Source of the DNA: Bacteroidia bacterium
Lineage (GTDB): Bacteria; Bacteroidota; Bacteroidia; B-17B0; Aurantibacillaceae
DNA: 35,019 nucleotides
Direction of reading: 5' to 3'
Assembly (NCBI GenBank): GCA_050186555.1
Contig: JBFWYJ010000001.1
Coordinates: 1 to 35,019 of the forward strand
Shown here: piece by piece, positions 17,245 through 25,000 of the stretch
Numbering within the stretch: position 1 is the first letter of the stretch
Layout: the number at the start of each line of letters is the position of its first letter
The notes under the pieces: model-generated
Databases searched by the model: none
Told to the model about the DNA's origin: nothing
Seen by the model: the letters and a program-made list of their open reading frames with translations, nothing else
Program-made: the position numbers and the translations under genes

Positions 17245-17377
17245 TATCTTTATCTGAACAAACAAAAGGCTTGTTTGTTAAACCTGAAACTGAAACGGAT
17301 GCCCGACAAACTTTCGGTGCTAAGTTTCAAAAACGTAATCACGATAAGCTTAACCAACTCATCCTGATTAAATAAAA
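17245..17377 (+). promoter_or_regulatory. Internal promoter box plus structured 5' leader of PTPS-2/folE
   Basis: TATCTTTA (17245-17252); 9-bp inverted repeat 17257-17279; 7-bp stem 17285-17291/17323-17329 with an inner ccga/tcgg pair. Confidence 0.45.
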
Positions 17378-17788
17378 ATGGAAAGAATTGCTGTTTATCG
17401 CAAGGAGCATTTTAATTCTGCTCACCGCCTTCACAATACAAATTTAAGTGAAGAAGAAAACGCTATGCTTTTTGGTAAATGTAATTATCCCAATTATCAC
17501 GGACATAATTACGAAGTGATAGTAAAATTAGTAGGAGAAATTGACCCAAAAACCGGTTATGTTTTTGACATGAAAATCCTAAGTGATTTGATACAAAAAC
17601 ATGTTGTAGAAAAATTTGACCATAAAAATTTAAATCTGGATGTTCCGGAATTTAAAAATACCATTCCAACGGCAGAGAATATTGTAAAGCTTATCTACAA
17701 TATCCTTCGTGAAAAAATTGATAAGCAATATGAACTAAGAGTAACTTTATATGAAACAGAAAGAAATTACGTTAAATACCCTGCTTAA
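17378..17788 (+). CDS. 6-pyruvoyl-tetrahydropterin synthase / QueD family protein, paralog 2
   Basis: FNSAHRL, GKCNYPNYHGHNY (CX5HGH), FDHKNLNLD, PTAEN and ET motifs. Confidence 0.9.
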   Translation: MERIAVYRKEHFNSAHRLHNTNLSEEENAMLFGKCNYPNYHGHNYEVIVKLVGEIDPKTGYVFDMKILSDLIQKHVVEKFDHKNLNLDVPEFKNTIPTAENIVKLIYNILREKIDKQYELRVTLYETERNYVKYPA

Positions 17789-18458
17789 CGACGAAAAAAT
17801 AGATTTATCTCATTTGTCAGCAGAGGATATTGGTAACGACCATGTTTTTACGAGTATAGAAACGCCTATGCGTAAAGATGCTTTTAATTTGTCTGATGAA
17901 GAAAAAATGGAACGAATAGAAAAGCATTTTCATGCCATTATGGAAACTTTAGGTTTGGATTTAACTGATGATAGTTTAAAAGGAACGCCACAACGCGTTG
18001 CTAAAATGTACGTTCAGGAAATCTTTAACGGTCTTGATCCAAAAAACAAACCAAAAGTTGCTCTATTTGATAACAAATACCAATACAATCAAATGTTGGT
18101 GGAAAAGGACATTACCTTTTACAGTAACTGCGAACACCATTTTGTTCCGATATATGGCAAAGCCCACGTTGCATATATTTCTAACGGTAAAGTTATTGGC
18201 TTAAGTAAACTAAATCGCATTGTACAATATTTTGGCAAGCGTCCACAGGTTCAAGAAAGAATGACGGTTCAGATAGCAAAGGAATTACAAAAGATTCTAA
18301 AAACTGAGGATGTTGCCGTCATTATAGATGCAAAACATCTGTGTGTATCTTCAAGAGGCGTTCAAGATAACAGCTCTGCTACAGTTACTTCTTATTACGG
18401 AGGAAAGTTTGAAAAAGAATCTGTAAGAAAAGAGTTATTTAAGTATATTGGGATGTAA
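17751..18458 (+). CDS. folE: GTP cyclohydrolase I
   Basis: TPQRVAKMY, SNCEHHFVP, GLSKLNR, RPQVQER and HLCVSSRGV motifs. Confidence 0.97.
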   Translation: MKQKEITLNTLLNDEKIDLSHLSAEDIGNDHVFTSIETPMRKDAFNLSDEEKMERIEKHFHAIMETLGLDLTDDSLKGTPQRVAKMYVQEIFNGLDPKNKPKVALFDNKYQYNQMLVEKDITFYSNCEHHFVPIYGKAHVAYISNGKVIGLSKLNRIVQYFGKRPQVQERMTVQIAKELQKILKTEDVAVIIDAKHLCVSSRGVQDNSSATVTSYYGGKFEKESVRKELFKYIGM

Positions 18459-18466
18459 ATCTCAAT

Positions 18467-19639
18467 ATGCATTTAAATAAGAATGAAAAACATAACTATT
18501 TCGAGGGGTTACGTGGTATTCTTGCCTTGATAGTATTTGCTCATCATTTCATTCTTCTTTTTTATTCTAGCGTCTATTACGGCTCTCTTCATTTTTCAGA
18601 CTACATCAATAATCCCTACTCTTCTAATTTACTACTGGCTAATACACCATTGAATTTATTTATGAATGGTAATTGGGCTGTTTGTATGTTTTTTACTTTG
18701 AGTGGTTATGTTCTAACTATTAAATATTTCAAAACAAGCAAGCAAGATGTACTAAGAAATAGTGCTTTAAAACGATATTTTAGACTTGCAATTCCAATAT
18801 TTGGCAGCGCTCTTCTAATCTTTGTATTACATAAGGTTGGCTTGTTTAAAGACGTAAGTTATCCACGGACGCATTCCGACTTTCAATTTGGAAAGGATTT
18901 ATTCACCACAGATTTAGATTTACCTTCCTTTCTTAAAACAACTTTTATAAGCATTCCCCTTAATGGCAACAATATTTATGCTCCCGTTTACTGGACAATG
19001 CAGCATGAATTTTTAGGTGCTATTTTTATTTTGGCTCTTCTATTGGTAATTCATAAAGTTGAGAAGAAGAACTTAGTTTTGATTTTATTAATTGTGGTAT
19101 TATTAATTGCTAAAAAATATTACTTAACAGCATTTTTGTTCGGCTGTTTTCTCTCTTTTAACGCCTCTTTGATTTCAATCATAAAATATAAAAAAACGCT
19201 CTTGCTATTCTCGTTGCTGTTGGGGACTTATCTAATTGGCATTCCAAATATTGAAGAGAAAGCCTTGGCAAAAACAATTTACTCTCCGTTTGCTGGATAT
19301 CCTAATGAAATAGTCATCCTCTTTCACGTACTTTCAAGCGCTTTGATTTTGCTTTTTATTTCTCAAACAAATTTTATTCAGAAAGCATTGAGCGTAAAGC
19401 CTTTGGTTTGGCTAGGTAAAATTTCATTCTCATTATACCTAATCCACCTGCCACTAATTTTTATTATTGGAAGTTATTTCCTGTCATCTACACACGGTTC
19501 TTTAAACCCTTATTTACTTTTTATCGTATTATTAATTGTAACTACTTCGTCAAGTTTCTTTTTCTATTTGATGTTCGATAAGAATGCAATCAACTTTTCA
19601 AATAAACTAATCTCATTGCTGGAGAAAAAGGAAAACTGA
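18467..19639 (+). CDS. Acyltransferase family 3 (OafA-like) integral membrane O-acyltransferase
   Basis: EGLRGILALIVFAHH, FFTLSGYV, KRYFRL, YWTM..E and LGKISFSLYLIH motifs; multiple TM segments. Confidence 0.88.
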   Translation: MHLNKNEKHNYFEGLRGILALIVFAHHFILLFYSSVYYGSLHFSDYINNPYSSNLLLANTPLNLFMNGNWAVCMFFTLSGYVLTIKYFKTSKQDVLRNSALKRYFRLAIPIFGSALLIFVLHKVGLFKDVSYPRTHSDFQFGKDLFTTDLDLPSFLKTTFISIPLNGNNIYAPVYWTMQHEFLGAIFILALLLVIHKVEKKNLVLILLIVVLLIAKKYYLTAFLFGCFLSFNASLISIIKYKKTLLLFSLLLGTYLIGIPNIEEKALAKTIYSPFAGYPNEIVILFHVLSSALILLFISQTNFIQKALSVKPLVWLGKISFSLYLIHLPLIFIIGSYFLSSTHGSLNPYLLFIVLLIVTTSSSFFFYLMFDKNAINFSNKLISLLEKKEN

Positions 19640-19682
19640 TTCTAAAAGGAAATCCTTATCTTTATTACTCAATACCACAATT

Positions 19683-20987
19683 ATGGACAGACGACGATTT
19701 ATGCTGGGTTCACTAGGAACTTTAGGGAGTTTTAGCTTACTGGGTGCAATTGATAAAGTTTTTGCTCATGAATTAGAAAGACAAGTCGGCAGAATGGAAA
19801 ACATGAGTCCGGAAGACGCAGCTGCCGATGAAGATTTTTGGGGGTGGGTACGCTCCAGTTATACCGTTTCTCCAAATGTGATTAATTTTAATAATGGCGG
19901 TGTTAGTCCGCAACCAAAAGTGGTGCAGGATGCTCACATTCGTTTTTACCAATATTCCAATGAAGCGCCGTCTTATTACATGTGGCGGATATTAGATCAA
20001 GGAAGAGAAGGTTTGCGCCAAAAACTCGCTTCACTTTGTGGGGTGGATGCAGAAGAAATTTGTATCAATAGAAATTCAACCGAAGGACTTAACACAGTAA
20101 TTTTTGGATTGAATTTAAAAGCAGGGGATGAAGTTGTACTTAGCAAGTACGATTATCCAAACATGAAAAATGCATGGTTACAAAGAGAAAAACGTGACGG
20201 CATAAAAATAAAGTGGATTGAAGTTCCGCAACCATTTGAAAACGACAAACAAGTTGTTGATCTCTACGAAAAAGCCATTACTTCCAAAACAAAAATCGTC
20301 CATATCACACACTTAATTAACTGGACCGGCAATATAGTTCCGGTTAAAGCCATTGCTGACATGGCACATAAAAAAGGCTGTGAAGTTATTGTTGACGCGG
20401 CTCATTCATTTGCGCATATAGATTTCAATTTAGCAGACACGGGCGCAGATTATTTGGCAACGTCTTTGCATAAATGGTTATGTGCGCCTTTTGGCAGCGG
20501 CTTATTGTATATTAAAAAAGAAAAAATTAAAAATGTTTGGGCCTTGCTTTCTGCGCCGGATCCTGACGGTGATAATATTCGTAAGTTTGAAAATTTGGGA
20601 ACAAGAAACATGGCGGCAGAAATGGCAATTGGAGCAGCGGTAGATTTTCATAACATCATTGGTTCTAAAAGAAAAGAAGCTCGTTTGCGTTATCTGAAAA
20701 ATTACTGGTATGAAAAAGCGTCCAAGTTAAAAGGCGCGAAAATCACCACCTCTATGAAACCGGAATACTCTTGTGCTATTGCCAATATTGGCTTTGAAAA
20801 CTGGAAGGCCAATGAAATTGAAGCCAATCTTTATGCCAAGCATAAGATTCATTCAAGTTCAATGATTATTGAAAAAGTAAATGGTATTCGTGTAACACCA
20901 AATGTTTATACGAATCTTTATGATTTGGATTTATTGATTAAAGGATTAACAAACATTTCTACATCACCGGCTCCAATTGGGGAATAA
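19683..20987 (+). CDS. Tat-exported class V PLP-dependent enzyme (CefD isopenicillin-N epimerase / C-S lyase-like)
   Basis: Twin-arginine signal MDRRRFMLG...VFA. NNGGVSP, NSTEG, VDAAH and TSLHKWL (PLP lysine) motifs. No SufS/IscS catalytic-Cys loop is visible. Confidence 0.85.
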   Translation: MDRRRFMLGSLGTLGSFSLLGAIDKVFAHELERQVGRMENMSPEDAAADEDFWGWVRSSYTVSPNVINFNNGGVSPQPKVVQDAHIRFYQYSNEAPSYYMWRILDQGREGLRQKLASLCGVDAEEICINRNSTEGLNTVIFGLNLKAGDEVVLSKYDYPNMKNAWLQREKRDGIKIKWIEVPQPFENDKQVVDLYEKAITSKTKIVHITHLINWTGNIVPVKAIADMAHKKGCEVIVDAAHSFAHIDFNLADTGADYLATSLHKWLCAPFGSGLLYIKKEKIKNVWALLSAPDPDGDNIRKFENLGTRNMAAEMAIGAAVDFHNIIGSKRKEARLRYLKNYWYEKASKLKGAKITTSMKPEYSCAIANIGFENWKANEIEANLYAKHKIHSSSMIIEKVNGIRVTPNVYTNLYDLDLLIKGLTNISTSPAPIGE

Positions 20988-21426
20988 CATTAAATATTTT
21001 GGTTTAGGAATTTTTATTTCCGTTTTGTGTTTTGCATTTGTATTAAAAACAAAACGCGAAGTTGTAACAACTGCTGATGCGCCAAAAGCGATTGGCCCTT
21101 ATAGCCAAGCTATTAAAACAGATGATTATATCTTCGTGTCCGGACAAATAGCATTGAAGCCAAATGGAGAATTTGATACGAGTTCGATAGAAGCAGAAAC
21201 AAAACAAGTGATGGAAAACATTCACGCCATTATAAAAGCATCGGGTGCCACCATGGAGCAAATTGTAAAATCTACCATTTATACAACTGACCTCAAAAAC
21301 TACAGTAAAATTAATTCAGTTTACGGCTCGTATTTCCATAGAGATCCTCCAGCCAGAGAAACGGTAGAAGTTAAAAACCTGCCTAAAAATGCTCATGTGG
21401 AAATTTCTGTTCTTGCGGTGAAATAA
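20977..21426 (+). CDS. ridA: RidA/YjgF family enamine/imine deaminase with an N-terminal hydrophobic extension
   Basis: APKAIGPYSQA, FVSGQI, PPARETV (catalytic Arg) and LPKNAHVEI motifs. TTG start overlaps the upstream stop; the start site is uncertain. Confidence 0.88.
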   Translation: MGNNIKYFGLGIFISVLCFAFVLKTKREVVTTADAPKAIGPYSQAIKTDDYIFVSGQIALKPNGEFDTSSIEAETKQVMENIHAIIKASGATMEQIVKSTIYTTDLKNYSKINSVYGSYFHRDPPARETVEVKNLPKNAHVEISVLAVK

Positions 21427-21431
21427 TCTAT

Positions 21432-21956
21432 ATGCTTTCTATTAGTAAACCTCAACCGGAACATCTTAATGAGCTTGTCATTTTAGCCAGAGAAACCTTT
21501 GTTCAATCGCATGGAAGTAGTGCGTCAATTGATGATATCAATTATTATTTGGATGAAAAGTTAACTAAAGAAAAGCTAAATGAAGAACTTCAGGACAAGG
21601 ACAGTATTTTTTGGTTAGCGCTAGCAGATGGCAAAATGGTTGGCTATTCAAAAATAGTCTTGAATGCAAAAAATCCGAAAATTGACGACAACCATATTTG
21701 CAAACTCGAAAGAATTTATGTTGATGAGAAATATTTAGGCAAAGGTATTGGTGAATTATTGTTTAACCAATGTGTTAAAGAAGCTAAAGAAAATGACCAG
21801 AACGGATTATGGTTATATGTGTGGACAGAAAATCAGAGAGCATTAGCATTCTACAAAAAGAAAGGCTTTAAAATAATTGCAGATACAGCATTTAAAATTA
21901 GTCCGAGACATAGCAATCCAAATTACTGGATGTATTATCAGTTTGATAAAAATTAA
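21432..21956 (+). CDS. GNAT family N-acetyltransferase (PaiA-like)
   Basis: LERIYV...GKGIG acetyl-CoA motif and WLYVWTENQRALAFYKKKGF. Confidence 0.88.
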   Translation: MLSISKPQPEHLNELVILARETFVQSHGSSASIDDINYYLDEKLTKEKLNEELQDKDSIFWLALADGKMVGYSKIVLNAKNPKIDDNHICKLERIYVDEKYLGKGIGELLFNQCVKEAKENDQNGLWLYVWTENQRALAFYKKKGFKIIADTAFKISPRHSNPNYWMYYQFDKN

Positions 21957-21968
21957 TTACATTTATTT

Positions 21969-22973
21969 ATGAAGATACTTGGATTTATTAGCGTATTAAT
22001 AATCTCAATAGGTATGAGCGCACAAGGCAATAAAACATTCGGATTAGTATTACATGGTGGTGCCGGAACAATTCTAAAAAAGAATATGACACCGGAATTA
22101 GAAAAAGCTTATTTAGATAAAATGAATGAAGCTTTAGAAAAAGGCTATGCCGTTTTGGAAAAAGGCGGTAGTAGCATTCAAGCGGTTGAAGCGGCAATAA
22201 ATGTAATGGAAGACTCTCCGCTGTTTAATGCGGGAAAAGGTTCTGTATTTGCCGCCAACGGTAAAAATGAAATGGATGCCTCGATTATGGATGGGAAAAC
22301 TTTGAAATCCGGAGCGGTTGCCGGTGTTCATAAAATTAAAAATCCAATAAGTGCTGCAAAATGCGTTTTAGAAAAATCTAAGCATGTAATGATGGCGGGT
22401 GAAGGTGCAGAACAATTTGCAAAAACTTGTAATTGCGAAATTGTAGATACTTCGTATTTCTTTGAGCAAAAACGATTTGATCAATTAGAAAAAATCAAAC
22501 AATCTGAAAAAACAGAGTTGGATCACGGTTCTCTAAGCCCGGAAGATTTGCAGGACAAAAAATTTGGTACGGTTGGCGTTGCTGCGCTTGACAAAAATGG
22601 CAATTTAGCTGCCGGCACCTCAACAGGCGGCATGACAAATAAAAAATATGGTCGAATTGGAGACTCACCAATTATTGGCGCCGGCACTTATGCCAATAAT
22701 AAAACATGTGCAGTGAGTTGTACCGGTCATGGCGAATATTTTATCCGCCATATAGTTGCTTATGATGTTTCTGCCATGATGGAATACAAAAACCTTTCGC
22801 TTGAAAAAGCTACAGACAAAATCGTTAATGAAAAATTAAAAAATGATGGCGGCGAAGGCGGACTAATTGCCATCGATAAGGATGGGAATATTTCAATGCC
22901 ATTTAATACCCCCGGCATGTATCGCGCCTTTAAAAAAAGTAGTGGAGAGAAAAAATTACTTATTTATAAATAA
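21969..22973 (+). CDS. iaaA: Secreted isoaspartyl peptidase/L-asparaginase (Ntn hydrolase)
   Basis: Signal peptide MSA|Q. HGGAG, FNAGKG, G|TVG autocleavage site, TSTGG, GRIGDSP and CTGHGE motifs. Confidence 0.92.
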   Translation: MKILGFISVLIISIGMSAQGNKTFGLVLHGGAGTILKKNMTPELEKAYLDKMNEALEKGYAVLEKGGSSIQAVEAAINVMEDSPLFNAGKGSVFAANGKNEMDASIMDGKTLKSGAVAGVHKIKNPISAAKCVLEKSKHVMMAGEGAEQFAKTCNCEIVDTSYFFEQKRFDQLEKIKQSEKTELDHGSLSPEDLQDKKFGTVGVAALDKNGNLAAGTSTGGMTNKKYGRIGDSPIIGAGTYANNKTCAVSCTGHGEYFIRHIVAYDVSAMMEYKNLSLEKATDKIVNEKLKNDGGEGGLIAIDKDGNISMPFNTPGMYRAFKKSSGEKKLLIYK

Positions 22974-23070
22974 GTCAATGGTTTCAAGTGCATACTCTTT
23001 GTTAAATAAACCACTCTAGAAAATAATCTTTAACTAGAACAATAGTGTAATGATATGATGAGTGCTGGCT

Positions 23071-23156
23071 AGAAAATCTGTGCCGGCGTGTAGCATGTGT
23101 GTTGAATCAGATTTTCTTGATTTTTTTGTTTCTTTTTGCATCAAGGCAAAAAGAAA
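23071..23156 (-). ncRNA. Candidate structured RNA or dispersed repeat (hairpin with pseudoknot plus a second hairpin); may also act as a bidirectional terminator
   Basis: 11-bp stem 23129-23139/23146-23156 whose loop (23140-23145) is complementary to 23116-23121, and a 10-bp inverted repeat 23071-23080/23108-23117. Confidence 0.5.
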
Positions 23157-23166
23157 GCAAGAAGAA

Positions 23167-23475
23167 TTACATCAACCCAGGCAACAGACCTGAGGCAGCC
23201 TTCTTCATTTCTTCTTCATTTAAAGCATTTGCCTGACTTATGGCTTTGTTTAATGCAACTAATAATTGCTCTTCTAATTCTTCTTTTCCCGCATGTTGTA
23301 ATCCGGGAGCAATCGTTAAACTTTTTATTTCTCTGTTACCGGTAATGGCAATCTTGATATCACCACCAGCTCCATCAATATTTAAAATTGTAGCGTCTAA
23401 TTTTGACTTAGTCTCTTCGGCTTGCTTCTTCATCTCCTGAAGCTTGCCCATCATGTCTCCCATTTTTCCAAACAT
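23167..23475 (-). CDS. ybaB: YbaB/EbfC family nucleoid-associated protein
   Basis: 102 aa; Met-rich N-terminal helix, GAGGDIKIAITG, and ELEEQLLVALNKA. Confidence 0.88.
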   Translation of the reverse strand: MFGKMGDMMGKLQEMKKQAEETKSKLDATILNIDGAGGDIKIAITGNREIKSLTIAPGLQHAGKEELEEQLLVALNKAISQANALNEEEMKKAASGLLPGLM

Positions 23476-23493
23476 AGAATTTGATTTTTATTA

Positions 23494-24270
23494 TTAGCTT
23501 TTAAATAATTCAACCGGAATTTTACATACCGGAATTGGTTCCATTTTATGTTTATTCGCTTTATTTCGCGCAGTGTATATTTTCAAAACTTCTTTCTCTC
23601 TTTCTGACAAATTATTTATACCCCCCTTAAACTCCATTGCCCACTCCAATTCAGGATATGTTGCACCGATCTGGTCTTCATCAGTTCTGCCATCTTCAAA
23701 TAATCCATCCGTTGGACGAGCCTGTAATATTGATTCTACAACGCCTAAATATTTTCCTAATTCGTACACCTGTGTTTTGTTTAAGTCGGCAATCGGACTA
23801 ACATCAACTCCACCATCACCATATTTGGTAAAAAACCCAATGCCAAAATCTTCCACTTTGTTCCCTGTGCCACCAACCAATAATTTATGGTGAGAAGCAA
23901 AGGCATACAAAGTTGTCATTCTTATTCTAGCTCTGGTATTAGCCATTGATAAATGGTCCTGAATTTCTTCAGGAAAGGCTGCTTCAAAAGACGCTAATAC
24001 ATTCGTCAATTCTACTCTCTCAGAGATTACATTTTTAAACTTTGTTTTCAATGCTTCAATGTGTTCTGAACTTCTATCAGATTCATTTTTAAACTGGCGT
24101 ATTGGCATATTCAAAACATAAACCTTTTTTTTCGTTAACGCGCATAATGTTGAAGTAACTGCACTGTCGATTCCCCCAGAAATGCCAACGATAAATCCAT
24201 CCGTTCCTGACCTGTCTGAATAATCGCTTAGCCATTTCACAATATGGTCGATTATTTTTTGATGTTGCAT
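23494..24270 (-). CDS. nadE: NH3-dependent NAD+ synthetase
   Basis: GISGGIDSA, NTRARIRM, GTGNKVE, FFTKYGDGG, PTDGL and DEDQIG motifs. No glutaminase domain. Confidence 0.95.
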   Translation of the reverse strand: MQHQKIIDHIVKWLSDYSDRSGTDGFIVGISGGIDSAVTSTLCALTKKKVYVLNMPIRQFKNESDRSSEHIEALKTKFKNVISERVELTNVLASFEAAFPEEIQDHLSMANTRARIRMTTLYAFASHHKLLVGGTGNKVEDFGIGFFTKYGDGGVDVSPIADLNKTQVYELGKYLGVVESILQARPTDGLFEDGRTDEDQIGATYPELEWAMEFKGGINNLSEREKEVLKIYTARNKANKHKMEPIPVCKIPVELFKS

Positions 24271-24352
24271 TGCGGATTAAATTTACTTAAAAATGTTAGA
24301 AACTATTACAAATCTTATTCGTCTTACCTTCTAAGTTCAGTATTTTTAAATT

Positions 24353-25000
24353 GTGAATCCGCGTGAATTACAAATAGCTAGAAACTCTGAAATACTTAAA
24401 AAGTATATTCCACATGCAGCCGTAAGTCTAATTGCTGATTGGGTTATTGATTTTGATTTTAAATTGAAAATTACGAAAGAAAGAAGCACGCGTTATGGAG
24501 ATTATTCTTCGCCAAGAAATGGCCTAAATCATGTCATTACCATTAACTACAATTTAAATCAGTATGCTTTTCTAATAACACTTGTACACGAAATTGCACA
24601 CCTTGATACGTTTAATAAACATAAAGATAGAGTACAGCCACACGGAAATGAATGGAAATGGGCATTTATTCAATTGATGCAGCCATTTTTAAATACAGAG
24701 GTGTTTCCGGTTGATTTACTCTACGCTGTTCGTCAGTATTTAAAAAATCCCGCGGCTTCAAGCTGCAGCGATCAACGATTAATGCGAGCCTTAAAGCTGT
24801 ATGACAACCACAACAATGGTAAAATATTTTTAGACTACTTGCCCGAAAATGCAACCTTCATGTTTAATGGAAGCCGATTGTTTGTTAAGGGTAAAAAAAT
24901 AAGAACCAGAATAGAATGTAAAGAAATTGTAACAGGAACGACTTATTTATTTAATGCTTTAACTGAAGTAGAAGTTTTTGATCAATCAACGGTTGATTAA
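24353..25000 (+). CDS. SprT-like zinc metalloprotease domain protein
   Basis: TLVHEIAH (HExxH) and PHGNEWK motifs; GTG start. Confidence 0.85.
   Translation: MNPRELQIARNSEILKKYIPHAAVSLIADWVIDFDFKLKITKERSTRYGDYSSPRNGLNHVITINYNLNQYAFLITLVHEIAHLDTFNKHKDRVQPHGNEWKWAFIQLMQPFLNTEVFPVDLLYAVRQYLKNPAASSCSDQRLMRALKLYDNHNNGKIFLDYLPENATFMFNGSRLFVKGKKIRTRIECKEIVTGTTYLFNALTEVEVFDQSTVD

Noticed and set aside
17250-17348. Resemblance to a SAM-I riboswitch (TTATC...GCCCGAC...GGTGCTAA...GATAAG)
   Set aside because: The AGAG, kink-turn GAGGGA and GCAACC elements are missing, and the TTATC overlaps the probable promoter box. Kept only as an unassigned structured leader.
19683-20987. Beta-lactam biosynthesis (isopenicillin N epimerase) or Fe-S cysteine desulfurase
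   Set aside because: No pcbAB/pcbC/cef or suf/isc genes nearby, no catalytic-Cys loop, and the protein is Tat-exported.
24986-25000. Convergent 15-nt overlap of the SprT-like and LacI genes
   Set aside because: Short tail-to-tail overlaps are common in compact genomes, and there is no further evidence of antisense control.
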